Shown here: positions 23,802 to 34,297 of the stretch, in pieces
Numbering within the stretch: the stretch's first letter is position 1
How the letters are laid out: each line of letters begins with the position of its first letter
From: a virus
Virus record (IMG/VR): IMGVR_UViG_3300045589_000107
DNA: 41,305 bases
Direction: 5' to 3' (one strand)
Notes under the pieces: model-generated
Seen by the model: only the letters and a program-made list of their open reading frames with translations
Databases searched by the model: none
What the model was told of the DNA's origin: nothing
Program-made: the position numbers and the translations under genes

Positions 23802-26800
23802 ATGGCTCAACAAATAAACGCGACAATGAGCACAAGTGTTGCCCTTGACCTGCTTCAAGCGTCCAACTCTATCAAATCGCTTACACGACTTGTTTCCTCC
23901 AACCAGTCAGCATGGAAGGCCCAAGAAGCCGAGATGAAGTCTGCTGGTGATATGGCTGGCGCTGCTCAGGCTAAATATGAAGGCTTAGGCCGTTCAATCG
24001 CTGACCAGCAAGCCAAGATTGATGCATTAAAAAACAAGCAATCAGAGCTTAAAGGCAACACTGCCGAGACTGCCCAACAATATCTTAAATATCAGCAACA
24101 AATCGATGGCGCAACTAAGCAATTAGCATCAATGCAAGCTCAGCAAGACCGCGCCAAACAAGCAATGGACTATCAAAAGTCTGGTCTGGCTGGTTTACAG
24201 AGTGAATATACTGCTGCTGCCAGAGCTAATAAGGCATATGTTGAGCGCTTACAAGCAGAAGGCAATCAGCAAGAAGCCAATAAGGCAAAGATGGAGGGTT
24301 ATAAGTCCTCCATTACCAATCTGAATGAGCAACTGTCTAAACAGTCTTCTGAGTTGGATAAGATTGCGAGTGCTAGTGGCAAGGATTCAGACGCTTGGCG
24401 CACCCAAAAGATGCGAGTGGACGAAACTGCCACATCCTTAGCCCACGCTAAGTCTTCTATGGCTAACTTGTCCGATGAGATGGAGAAAATGAATCCCAGC
24501 CCCTGGGCACGGTTGAAGAGCAGCATCACCGAGACCAACGACAAGGCCAAGAAAACTCATTCCATTTTCCATGAAGTATTCAGTGCGGACATGGCGTCCA
24601 ACATCGTGAAATCCGCTTGGCAGCATCTGTCCGGCTGGATTGGTACCGCTGTTGATTCAGCCAAGGAATACAGCTTAGCCCAACAGACTATGAACGCAAC
24701 TTGGACTACCTTAACCGGCAATGCCAGCGAAGGTAAAAAGATGGTCAATATGACCGACCAAATGGCGATTAGCGCCAACAACGCTACTGAAATGGTTGAC
24801 CAGTTGAACCAGAAGTTCTTTGCGATCAATCATTCAGCCGATGGTACTAAAGCCTTAACCAAGTCTGTACTGACTCTACAAGATGCCTTTGGTCAGACGG
24901 ATGACGCTGTTATGAACTTTGGGACGCAGTTTGCCCAGATGATGGCTAACGGCAAAGTGGGCGCCCAAGACATGATGAGCTTCGTCAATACATTCCCTGT
25001 TTTGAGAACTAACTTGTTGAAGACGGAGCAGCAAATTACCGGTAATCACAAGATGACGATGAGTCAGATGAATGACCTGATGTCAGCCGGTAAGATTAGC
25101 TCATCCACCATGGAAAAGGTGCTGGAAAGTACCGCCAAGGAATACGGTAAAGCCACCGAGAACTTTGGCAAAACCATTCCAGGTATGATACGCACGGCCA
25201 AAAGCCAGATACCGGTTCTGCTGTCCGCTATCTCTTCCCCGCTGACCAAGGCGGCTAACCCAGTGGTTGGCGCCGTCAGCAATTGGGTGGCATCCCCTAA
25301 GACCAAGACCGCCTTTAGTTCACTGGGCAAGACGTTCTCTGACGGGCTTAATAAAGCCATCAGCAGTATGTCCGGCGGCGCTAGTAACGGGGCTGGGATG
25401 ACCAAGGCACTGGATAACGGGATTCAGGGTCTACAGAAGACCGTCAGCGGGTTCTTTGGTTTCTTAGCCACGCATGGTAAAGACTTGGCTGGTATCACAG
25501 GTTCACTGGGTACAATCGTGAAAATCTTTGCTGGGACCATATGGCATACGATTGCTGGCGTTGTTTCAGGTATTGCTAAGAGCTTTGGACTGATGGGCAG
25601 TGGTGCGAAAAAGTCAGCCGATCCTTTGAAGAATGCTAACACAGCCTTAGGCAACATAGCCAAGAACAAGTCTGGTATTCAGACAATAGCTAAAATTGTA
25701 CTGGGCTTATGGGCAGCTGTAAAAGGTGGAGAAATTGCTTCAAAAATTGCCAAGGGCGCAATTACGGCAATCAGTGGGGCAATGGATCTATTTTCGAAGC
25801 GTGCTAAGATCATGGCCGCTGCTCAAAAAGCACTTAATTTCGTTGTGGAAGCTAATCCTTGGATAAAACTAGCAGTTGTTATTTTGGCTGTTGGAACGGC
25901 ATTGGTTGAACTCTATAAGCACAACGCAAAGTTTAAAGCCTTTGTCGATGGCATTGTAAAATCTGTACAGAACATGTGGAAAGGCATGGAGAAATGGATT
26001 AGTCAGCTGGTCAAAGGCTGGAACAATGCTTGGAAATCAGTGGGCAAAGGCTGGAACGGATTCCTTAAGACAATGGGCAGCTGGGGCAAATCAATTGCTT
26101 CCGCTTGGAATAAGATTTGGGCGCCAATCACCAAGGGCATGTCTGCCGTCTGGAAGGGCGTTGTTAATGTCACCAAGTCTGCCTTAAACGTTCTAAAGCT
26201 GGCTATCGTATTACCAATTGCCCTTATCGTTGGGCTTGCTATCAAAGCGTGGCAAAAGATAGAAAAGCCGTTCATGACGGTATGGAATGACATTGCTAAA
26301 TTCATTAAGCCTATTCTGACTAGCATCAGCAAGTTCATCACTGGCACAGCAAAAGACGTATCCAGTGCGTGGAACAAGTATTGGCAGTTCGTTGCCAAGT
26401 TCTACACTGGCATTTGGAACACAATTGTTAAGGCCGGCACGACGGCTTTTAACACTGTCAGCAAGGGCATTAGTTCGTTCTTGTCAGCCGTCAATAAGGT
26501 ATGGACCGAATCTTGGAACGCCATCTCCAAATTCTTCAGCAGCATTTGGAATGGTATTGTCAAGCTTTTCACGCCGATCATTAATGGTATTTCAAGCACA
26601 ATAAGCACTGTTGTTAATGCCATCAAAAAGACGTGGAGCACGGTGTGGGGTGCCATCTCTAAATTCTTTGGTGACACCTGGAACAGCATGGTCAAGTTCT
26701 ATTCACCAATCATTCACGGTATTTCAAGCACAATTGGTAGTGTCATTAACACAATCAAAAAGGTGTGGAAAGACGTTTGGGGTGATGTAGGATCATTCTT

Positions 26801-28223
26801 TGGCGGCATCTGGGACGGCATCAAAAAGGCAGCAGAAAGCGGCATTAATTTCGTTGTCAGCGTTATTCGTGCTGGCTTGTCGGCAGTCAATGACGTTCTT
26901 GGGTTCTTTGGAGTAAAGAAAGTCGGCTTGCCGTCTTACGTACACTTTGCCCAAGGTGGTGAAGTTGGTAAAGATGGTACGCAATTGGCTATGGTCAACG
27001 ATGACGGCAGCGAGCATTACAAAGAATTGATCCACAAGAAGCGCACAAATCAGTGGATATATGCTGAAAAGCGCAACACTATTCTTCCGCTTGAAACTGG
27101 TGACCGTATTTACAATGGCAAAGAAAGCAAAGCAATTGCAGATATGTATGGCATTCCCGGATTTGCACAAGGCGGCATCATCGGCAGTGTGTGGGACGGA
27201 ATTAAGAATGCCACCTCGTATGTTGCTGACAAAGCCGAAGACGTAGGGAAGTGGATAGGAGACAAAGTGACAGCAATCACTGACTGGATTGCGCATCCGA
27301 TTAAACACGTTACAGTACTGATTGAGAAGTCAATTGGTAGTCTGATTGATTCAGCGCCAGTTAAAGCATTTGGGCAGCTCGGCGAAGGCATATTCAAGCA
27401 TGCTTATAACGGCATTGCTGCATGGATCAGTAAGCAGCTTAAAAAGATTCAAGATTCAACTGATTTAGGTGGCGGAGCCAAAAAGTCCTACCCAGAGTTG
27501 GAAGCACTTGCTCGCCAAGCTGCTAGCATCATGGGCGTAAATCCTTCGGATGACTTTATCAAAGCCCTAGCTAACGTTGCAATGTCCGAATCCGGCGGCA
27601 ATGCTGGTGCAGCTAACTTGACCGATGATAATGCCCGTGCCGGCATGGCTTCTGTTGGACTTCTGCAGTACATTCCAAGCACATGGGCTTATTACAACGT
27701 CCCTGGGCATAATAACCGTAACAGTGTTCTGGATAACTTTATCCATTTCTTCAATAACTCTGACTGGCAAAATTCCATTGGTTACGTTACCTATCCATCT
27801 TGGGGCGGTATGTACAAATGGGACTGGCGAAACAATGGCCCTCAAGGTGCACCACGAATGGCCAATGGTGGCTTAATTAATCGTCCGATTTCCGCAATTG
27901 TTGGCGAAGACGGTCCAGAAGCAATCATGCCGCTAGGCGCAGCTAAAGCAAGCCGGGCGTGGCAGTTGTTGGGGCAAGCGGTGAGCAATATTAACCAGAA
28001 TCTTGGTGCTTCATCAACCAACAATGGTCAATCAGACAGCGATATCAGCGACAAACTAGACACGCTCATTAGTTTGTTCACGATTGTTGCCCAGAACAGC
28101 CAGAGCGACAGCACGTCAGTAATGAGCAGCAACAGATTTGCCGATCAATTAGCCAAGATGCTAGCGCCGAAAATGCAGCAGCAACTAACAAATCAGAAAT
28201 TAAGAGGAGGGGTGATTATTTGA
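23802..28223 (+). CDS. Tape measure protein with a C-terminal lytic transglycosylase (SLT-like) domain
   Basis: 1473 aa, with coiled-coil and TM-rich segments. AMSESGGNAGAANLTDDNARAGMASVGLLQYIPSTWAYY lies at about 27497..27700. Confidence 0.93.
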   Translation: MAQQINATMSTSVALDLLQASNSIKSLTRLVSSNQSAWKAQEAEMKSAGDMAGAAQAKYEGLGRSIADQQAKIDALKNKQSELKGNTAETAQQYLKYQQQIDGATKQLASMQAQQDRAKQAMDYQKSGLAGLQSEYTAAARANKAYVERLQAEGNQQEANKAKMEGYKSSITNLNEQLSKQSSELDKIASASGKDSDAWRTQKMRVDETATSLAHAKSSMANLSDEMEKMNPSPWARLKSSITETNDKAKKTHSIFHEVFSADMASNIVKSAWQHLSGWIGTAVDSAKEYSLAQQTMNATWTTLTGNASEGKKMVNMTDQMAISANNATEMVDQLNQKFFAINHSADGTKALTKSVLTLQDAFGQTDDAVMNFGTQFAQMMANGKVGAQDMMSFVNTFPVLRTNLLKTEQQITGNHKMTMSQMNDLMSAGKISSSTMEKVLESTAKEYGKATENFGKTIPGMIRTAKSQIPVLLSAISSPLTKAANPVVGAVSNWVASPKTKTAFSSLGKTFSDGLNKAISSMSGGASNGAGMTKALDNGIQGLQKTVSGFFGFLATHGKDLAGITGSLGTIVKIFAGTIWHTIAGVVSGIAKSFGLMGSGAKKSADPLKNANTALGNIAKNKSGIQTIAKIVLGLWAAVKGGEIASKIAKGAITAISGAMDLFSKRAKIMAAAQKALNFVVEANPWIKLAVVILAVGTALVELYKHNAKFKAFVDGIVKSVQNMWKGMEKWISQLVKGWNNAWKSVGKGWNGFLKTMGSWGKSIASAWNKIWAPITKGMSAVWKGVVNVTKSALNVLKLAIVLPIALIVGLAIKAWQKIEKPFMTVWNDIAKFIKPILTSISKFITGTAKDVSSAWNKYWQFVAKFYTGIWNTIVKAGTTAFNTVSKGISSFLSAVNKVWTESWNAISKFFSSIWNGIVKLFTPIINGISSTISTVVNAIKKTWSTVWGAISKFFGDTWNSMVKFYSPIIHGISSTIGSVINTIKKVWKDVWGDVGSFFGGIWDGIKKAAESGINFVVSVIRAGLSAVNDVLGFFGVKKVGLPSYVHFAQGGEVGKDGTQLAMVNDDGSEHYKELIHKKRTNQWIYAEKRNTILPLETGDRIYNGKESKAIADMYGIPGFAQGGIIGSVWDGIKNATSYVADKAEDVGKWIGDKVTAITDWIAHPIKHVTVLIEKSIGSLIDSAPVKAFGQLGEGIFKHAYNGIAAWISKQLKKIQDSTDLGGGAKKSYPELEALARQAASIMGVNPSDDFIKALANVAMSESGGNAGAANLTDDNARAGMASVGLLQYIPSTWAYYNVPGHNNRNSVLDNFIHFFNNSDWQNSIGYVTYPSWGGMYKWDWRNNGPQGAPRMANGGLINRPISAIVGEDGPEAIMPLGAAKASRAWQLLGQAVSNINQNLGASSTNNGQSDSDISDKLDTLISLFTIVAQNSQSDSTSVMSSNRFADQLAKMLAPKMQQQLTNQKLRGGVII
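26499..26830 (+). repeat. 132-bp (44-aa) tandem repeat x2.5 inside the tape measure gene
   Basis: Units start at 26499, 26631 and 26763: VWTESWNAISKFFSSIWNGIVKLFTPIINGISSTISTVVNAIKK / TWSTVWGAISKFFGDTWNSMVKFYSPIIHGISSTIGSVINTIKK / VWKDVWGDVGSFFGGIWDGIKK. Confidence 0.9.
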
Positions 28224-28966
28224 CGACAGCTATTGGCGGCATCACATGGAATGGGCAAAACAGTGCCGACCTCGGTCTAGCAATTACCTACGACAGTAGC
28301 CAGCTGGCTGGTGGGTTATTCTCATCGACACTCACACAGATAGGTGGGCAGTCAGCAGCTGTTATTCAGGCCAACAACCGGTTCGATAACGTGTCCCAGG
28401 TGTTCAACTTCACCACATATCACCCTATTCAGCAGGCCGATATTGCTCCGCTGCACCGTGCAGTCCAAGGCTGGCTGTTTGTTGGTGTTGATTTAAGCCA
28501 GTATCAGCGGCTGGCATTCGACGGCTACCCAGATTACTACTGGCAGGCCGTGCCGAGTGCCCTGACACCGTTTTCGATGAACAAAGGGGTAATAACATTC
28601 TCGGTGACGTTTAGCTGCCTGCCCTATGCTTACGAGACTGGCGGTGACCAATATCAACCGGTCAGCACTGGGTCGGTCATCAACAATGTACGGCTGTATG
28701 ATGCTAAGCCATTATGGCACGTTAAAGGCACTGGCAATGGCAGCTTCGTGCTGAACGGCGTCACATACAATTTTCTGGGGATTAATGGTGACCTGTATGT
28801 TGATTCAGACACTGAAGAGGTTTACGACGCCAGCAATAACTATCAGCCGGGTATGGTACAGTTCGACAACTATGTGTTTCCAGCCCTTGATACGGGCAAG
28901 AACACGTTCGGAACGCTTACAAATATTACATTGGAGGTGATGCCAAGATGGCGGACGTTGCTTTAA
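28220..28966 (+). CDS. Distal tail protein (Dit)
   Basis: 248 aa. TTG start overlaps the TMP stop. In the syntenic position. Confidence 0.8.
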   Translation: MTTAIGGITWNGQNSADLGLAITYDSSQLAGGLFSSTLTQIGGQSAAVIQANNRFDNVSQVFNFTTYHPIQQADIAPLHRAVQGWLFVGVDLSQYQRLAFDGYPDYYWQAVPSALTPFSMNKGVITFSVTFSCLPYAYETGGDQYQPVSTGSVINNVRLYDAKPLWHVKGTGNGSFVLNGVTYNFLGINGDLYVDSDTEEVYDASNNYQPGMVQFDNYVFPALDTGKNTFGTLTNITLEVMPRWRTLL

Positions 28967-31779
28967 AATCTCCGCTGGTTTATGAACATAGCACAGACGA
29001 CCAATCCACGCTAGGGATGGGGCACGTGGAGCATGTGATCAGCTGCCAGGTGGAGTCTGTATATGACCAATTTCCACAAATGACACTGATTTGCGAATAC
29101 ACGCAGTCTAACGCCGACCGCCTGCTGAAAGACAGGATTCTGCTGGCAGATGTGGGCGATGGCTGGCACAAGCAGATGTTCCGTATCAATTCAGTCGAGA
29201 GCGATTGGTCAGACAATCAGCGTGAAATGACGATTATTGCCACGCATGTAGCGAGCGATTTGTCAGGGAACGTGCTGACCGCCGATGTGAGCACGGCCAA
29301 TGCTAGTCCAAGCCAAGTGTGGGACATGGTTACATCAAATTTGGCTGAGCCAACTGATGTAACGGTCAACAGCAGCATTACCGATGTGGCCATCGTGAAC
29401 TGGGACGCTACTCAAGTCGACCAGCTGAGCAGCATTCTCTTCGGGCGCGACAATAACAGCCCATCTTTCACGAGTCTATATGACGCAGAATGGTGGTTTG
29501 ATAATTACACCTGGACATTTGAGCATCATGTTGGACGAGATACAGGCATTGTTATCAAATACGGCAAACATCTGAAGTCACTACAGAACACGGACACGGT
29601 CGCCGGTGTATATACTGCTGTGCGGCCAATCAGTAAATATACGCCTGGCCAGACCGGCACTGGCGATGACAGTAATGTCATTTCACTGGATGGTACGGCA
29701 ATGATCCAGTATGCCGGCACAGGCGGATTGCCCGTGTTCGACACTCCATTCAAAGGGCAAGTGGCGACTGGCAAGACACTGACCAATGGCTCACGGTTCA
29801 AAATCTATAGCTATGCCGAATCTGGCACAGTCAATGACCACACATGGTACAACCTCGGCGGTAAGCAGTGGGTCGATGGCAATTATCTGTCATTTGATAA
29901 AGGCCAAACAGGACAGTTCCCCAGCACCGTGGGCAACAAGGCAACAGGCAAGGGCACGATCGCAGCTGGCCTGGCTGACAAACCAGGCGTCATTTCAAAA
30001 TATGATGGCGTAATTACAGTCAATTACGTAGGCCCTGGCAAAGTGGCAATTTGGGACAGTCCCTGGGCCGGTCGTCATGTGACGGGCAGTTATATGGCTA
30101 ATGGATCGGCTTACAACGCATATGGCAAAGCCACTGACGAATCAGGCCAAACTTGGTACAACTTGGGCGGTAATCAATGGGTCAGTGCTCAGTATGTCGC
30201 GCTTGACAAGGCAAAAGACTATGCCTATCAAAAGGTACGCGGGATCGGCACAGCTAAGGTCGATAAAGGCAAGATTGCGCTGTGGAACCGGCCCAGCTTT
30301 AACGGCTCGATTGTCCGCATGATTAGTTCTGGCACTCGCTGGCAAATCTATGGCGAAGCGTCGGGTGGCGGCAGCAGTACATGGTACGACCTCGGTGGCA
30401 ACCAATGGATTGACGGTCAATACATGGACTTTTCAGCGGCTAATGACGTGGAACCACAGCCAGTCGGTGGCGACAGCAGTAGTGACACGAGCAGCGACAC
30501 GTCCGACACAGTGTGGAGCTACAATTCGCCAGGCACGTGGAATACTCGGGTCAAGCAGTACACCACGGGCAATCAGGTCACGATCTATGGACAAGGAACA
30601 GCCGGTGGGGCTACTTGGTACAACATCGGCACAAACGAATGGCTGGCCGCTGATTACTTGACGTTTGACAACAACACCGATGTGGATCCCAGCGGGTCTG
30701 CTGATGACATGACTGCAGAAGCCACTGAAGTCACGGTAACCCTGCCGGAAAAATACATTGCCGTACCGATGCCAGATGGTCAGCAATACGAGCATCAGCG
30801 CATCGTCAATTTCGATGCAAGCAGTTACAACATCGACAATGTGGATGACCTTCGGTCAATCACCCAGGCCTACATCCGAGACAATAATATTGGCAAGCCG
30901 CAGATCACGCTGACCATCGATTACGATGAGCTACAAGGGCATTACCAAAACCTGGCAAGCGTCCGGTGTTATGACGTTGTCACAGTGTTTCTGCCAGAGA
31001 TCGGTCTTAACATCAAGGCCGAAGTCACTGATGTTATTTATGACACACTGCTGCAGCAAAACACCCAGGTGACCATTGGCAATCGGCCGCTAACAACGAC
31101 AGATGATCTGCAAGCTTGGGTCAAGAAGGCAGAAGACAAAGCTAGCACGGCGGCTCAGAAAAATAGTGATGCCGTGGATGATATGGACTTGGCTTGGAAA
31201 AAGGCAGTAGATGACACTAATGCAGCATTTAAGGATGGTGATCTTGCTAATGCGCAGCAGCAGACAGAATGGGAAAATCAATTCAAACAAACAATTGACC
31301 AAGCGATCAATGACTTCAAGAGTACCGTGGGCAGCGAGGTGGAGCAGGCCAACAAGTTAGCCAGTATTGTCCACTACGACAATAACGAGGTCAGTTTCTT
31401 CAACGGGTCTGGTACCCAAGTTGGTAGTTTAGGCGCAGGTGGACTGGTTTATTATAACGGGTCTGGCAACCCGACAACCGTAGTGAGTTCGGACGGCAAA
31501 ATCATCGCTAGTGAGATTGCAGGGAATGAGCTGACAGGCACTGTGATTAAAGGTGGAGAAATTGACGGCGGCACGGTAGACGGAATGGATTTTCTTAGGA
31601 GTAAAAGCGGAAGCAGTTACGCTGTGATGTCTTATGCAAATGGGTTTTCCATTAGCAATGGATCAGCGACCAGTGCCCTAGGACCGACCTCATTAAAAAT
31701 TCAAGGGGAATCACTGCAGCTGATTGATGTCAAGAACTTACACTATTTACTAGAAAAGAATGGGATGGATCATGGATAA
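28948..31779 (+). CDS. Tail-associated lysin-like protein (Tal) with four SH3b-like WYNLGGxQW repeats
   Basis: 943 aa. Repeats end in TWYNLGGKQWVDGNYLSF, TWYNLGGNQWVSAQYVAL, TWYDLGGNQWIDGQYMDF and TWYNIGTNEWLAADYLTF. Confidence 0.85.
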   Translation: MADVALKSPLVYEHSTDDQSTLGMGHVEHVISCQVESVYDQFPQMTLICEYTQSNADRLLKDRILLADVGDGWHKQMFRINSVESDWSDNQREMTIIATHVASDLSGNVLTADVSTANASPSQVWDMVTSNLAEPTDVTVNSSITDVAIVNWDATQVDQLSSILFGRDNNSPSFTSLYDAEWWFDNYTWTFEHHVGRDTGIVIKYGKHLKSLQNTDTVAGVYTAVRPISKYTPGQTGTGDDSNVISLDGTAMIQYAGTGGLPVFDTPFKGQVATGKTLTNGSRFKIYSYAESGTVNDHTWYNLGGKQWVDGNYLSFDKGQTGQFPSTVGNKATGKGTIAAGLADKPGVISKYDGVITVNYVGPGKVAIWDSPWAGRHVTGSYMANGSAYNAYGKATDESGQTWYNLGGNQWVSAQYVALDKAKDYAYQKVRGIGTAKVDKGKIALWNRPSFNGSIVRMISSGTRWQIYGEASGGGSSTWYDLGGNQWIDGQYMDFSAANDVEPQPVGGDSSSDTSSDTSDTVWSYNSPGTWNTRVKQYTTGNQVTIYGQGTAGGATWYNIGTNEWLAADYLTFDNNTDVDPSGSADDMTAEATEVTVTLPEKYIAVPMPDGQQYEHQRIVNFDASSYNIDNVDDLRSITQAYIRDNNIGKPQITLTIDYDELQGHYQNLASVRCYDVVTVFLPEIGLNIKAEVTDVIYDTLLQQNTQVTIGNRPLTTTDDLQAWVKKAEDKASTAAQKNSDAVDDMDLAWKKAVDDTNAAFKDGDLANAQQQTEWENQFKQTIDQAINDFKSTVGSEVEQANKLASIVHYDNNEVSFFNGSGTQVGSLGAGGLVYYNGSGNPTTVVSSDGKIIASEIAGNELTGTVIKGGEIDGGTVDGMDFLRSKSGSSYAVMSYANGFSISNGSATSALGPTSLKIQGESLQLIDVKNLHYLLEKNGMDHG

Positions 31780-32002
31780 TACGATGAGTTATGCAACAAA
31801 TGCGCTGGCTAATCACATGGCTGGCATGGCGGCACAGATTGGCATTCTTCAGCAAAAGGTAGATGAGTTGAGCCAAGCCAACCAGATTCTGAAGGATCAG
31901 CTAAAGCAGAAAGAAGGTAATGTGAATGACACTGCCAAACCTGACACTGACAATGGACAAGCGAACGAACAGCCAGCAGAAGCTACACCTGCGGCAAAGT
32001 GA
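31760..32002 (+). CDS. Hypothetical coiled-coil protein (80 aa)
   Basis: Overlaps the Tal stop. The start is uncertain (31760, 31772 or 31784). Confidence 0.5.
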   Translation: MGWIMDNTMSYATNALANHMAGMAAQIGILQQKVDELSQANQILKDQLKQKEGNVNDTAKPDTDNGQANEQPAEATPAAK

Positions 32003-33851
32003 GCGTGGTCTGAGTTTAACTGCTCAGCTGCTGGACTATGATGGTACGCCTTACAATCTGACTGGCTTATCAGTTCGGTTCAAGGACGCTAAAGCCGGCG
32101 GTAAATCGGTATCTGATGACAATGTGACCGTTTCGACTGACCCGAAAACCGGTGTCGTCACATACCCAGTTCACAGCCAAGTTTTTGCCGCAGACGGTAT
32201 TGGCTGGTTCGAGTTGTACAACACAGGTGGGACCTTAGTAGATAGCACCCAAAATATCGTTATCAAAGTTGAACAAGACATTTCTGGCACTATAGACAAT
32301 AGCGACTACATCAGCGGACTAGATGGCATCAAAGCTCAGCTTCAAGGCATCGTCAATAGTGCCCAGCAAACATTAGACAATGCAGTTTCAGGCGCCAACA
32401 CCGCAGCTAGTAATGCAAATCAAGCCGCACAAGCAGCACAAACATTGGCTAATGACATCCCTAATAACCCTAAGTATCGTGGACCACAAGGCGTTAAAGG
32501 CGACGATGGCAAGACGCCGTATTTCCACACAGCATGGTCTTATAGCGCAGATGGTACGGACGGTTTTACGACTGTTTATCCGAATTTGAATTTGTTTACA
32601 GGGACTTCTGATAAGCCTTCTACAATAACAGGGGGAAATTGGAACCAGGCCATTATCGGTGTATACAAGACACCTAAAGTTGGCCAAGAATACACGCTTT
32701 CTGTTGAAGTTCCTGAGGCTGACCATGACGCCATTATGGAAGTATATCGCTGGAACAATGCGGGAGCCAGAATAGACGCCGCTTGCCCCCCCACGCTGAT
32801 AAAGTCTGGAGAAAAGGCTCATACAACATTTACTTGGCCAGACCCTGGAGATAGTGGTGCAACGCAATTTGCAGCCGACTTGGCATGGACTAATGGCACA
32901 GATACCGGTACGTATTCGTACTGTAAAGCTAAATTAGAAATCGGTAACACTGCTTCTCCTTGGATGCCCTCAGCTAGTGAAGTCACAACTGCTGACTGGC
33001 CGAGCTACATTGGTCAGTACACAGATTTCACACAGGCTGACAGCACTAATCCAGCTGATTACAACTGGGCGCTTTTCAAAGGTGCGGATGGCAAAGACGG
33101 GAAAGATGGTACGGGTATTCAGCTCAAAGGATCAGCTGATTCTGTCGATAAGCTGCCGGCCACTGGTAACACAACTGGTGATACCTATCTAGTAGCCGGC
33201 CACTTGTACATCTGGGAAAGCAACGCTTGGGCCGATGGTGGTGAGCTGCAGGGGCCAAAGGGAGATGATGGCCGTCAAGTCTGGTTGTACCCTTTTGATC
33301 GAGGAGATAACCAGACAAGTAGCTATTGGTCAGACTTGAGGCCTGTTCCATCAGCTACTAATCCTCCTAAAGTAGGAGATACATTAATTGATATTAATGG
33401 CAACCTTTATCAAATAACCAGAGTTACTGTTAAAGTTGATCCTACTTATGGCGGCGGCACATTCGACTATGGTAGTAAAATCATTAATCTCAAAGGTGCC
33501 ACTGGTGCACCTGGCGCAAAAGGCGATACTGGCAACACTGGTGCTACTGGTCCCGCTGGTCCTGCCGGAAAATCTGCTTACCAAGTATGGCTGGACGCTG
33601 GCAACACCGGTACAGAAGCCGACTATTTAGCATCACTAAAAGGTGCTACCGGCCCTGCTGGCAAGGATGGCACGACACCTGACCTAACGCCTTACTTAAA
33701 GTCCACCGATGCTGCAAACACCTATCAGACCCCAACACAGGTCCAAGCACGCGTGGATGCCAAGATTGTACCTGTGGCTGATGAAACGACAGCATCTAGT
33801 GATTCTTCCAAAAACACTACCGTCCTTTACCTTGTACCGGAGGCAAGCTAA
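31926..33851 (+). CDS. Baseplate upper protein (BppU-like N-terminus) / receptor-binding fibre with collagen-like G-X-Y stretches
   Basis: N-terminus is LHLRQSERGLSLTAQLLDYDGTPYNLTGLSVRFKDAKAGG. G-X-Y run is GATGAPGAKGDTGNTGATGPAGPAGKS. The start is 31926 or 31953. Confidence 0.8.
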   Translation: MTLPNLTLTMDKRTNSQQKLHLRQSERGLSLTAQLLDYDGTPYNLTGLSVRFKDAKAGGKSVSDDNVTVSTDPKTGVVTYPVHSQVFAADGIGWFELYNTGGTLVDSTQNIVIKVEQDISGTIDNSDYISGLDGIKAQLQGIVNSAQQTLDNAVSGANTAASNANQAAQAAQTLANDIPNNPKYRGPQGVKGDDGKTPYFHTAWSYSADGTDGFTTVYPNLNLFTGTSDKPSTITGGNWNQAIIGVYKTPKVGQEYTLSVEVPEADHDAIMEVYRWNNAGARIDAACPPTLIKSGEKAHTTFTWPDPGDSGATQFAADLAWTNGTDTGTYSYCKAKLEIGNTASPWMPSASEVTTADWPSYIGQYTDFTQADSTNPADYNWALFKGADGKDGKDGTGIQLKGSADSVDKLPATGNTTGDTYLVAGHLYIWESNAWADGGELQGPKGDDGRQVWLYPFDRGDNQTSSYWSDLRPVPSATNPPKVGDTLIDINGNLYQITRVTVKVDPTYGGGTFDYGSKIINLKGATGAPGAKGDTGNTGATGPAGPAGKSAYQVWLDAGNTGTEADYLASLKGATGPAGKDGTTPDLTPYLKSTDAANTYQTPTQVQARVDAKIVPVADETTASSDSSKNTTVLYLVPEAS

Positions 33852-34285
33852 TGCCAATTTACTATGGTAGCAAAAAAATCAAGTCACTGTACTTTGGTGG
33901 CAAAAAAATTGCTAGTGCTTGGTACGGTGGAAAAGTAATATATCGTGATGTGGTCGCACTATTTTCAGGACCAAAGACAACCAAGGGGTTTGATGATTAT
34001 ATTTATGTTGACATCCCGGCTGGGACAAAGTCAATTGTGATCAAACTTGATAAATATATTACCAGTGCAACGGCAGAAATGAACGGGACAACTATTAGTA
34101 TAAAAAACGGCTGCATTGTTTTTCCCGTGCCAACTAGCGACTTTGAAGAATACATTGATGGTACAGTATCGTTTGATCTTTTGTTTTCCGATTCTAGTGG
34201 CGAAAAGGTTTTGCAGATCAGCTGTATAGACCCCATGGGCAACGTTGGCAGTCCAGTAACTGTAGTAGGAATTTACGCAGGATAA
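33851..34285 (+). CDS. Hypothetical tail-associated protein (144 aa)
   Basis: RBS GGAGG lies 7 nt upstream. TAATG overlap with the fibre gene. Confidence 0.65.
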   Translation: MPIYYGSKKIKSLYFGGKKIASAWYGGKVIYRDVVALFSGPKTTKGFDDYIYVDIPAGTKSIVIKLDKYITSATAEMNGTTISIKNGCIVFPVPTSDFEEYIDGTVSFDLLFSDSSGEKVLQISCIDPMGNVGSPVTVVGIYAG

Positions 34286-34297
34286 AGGAGAATAAAA

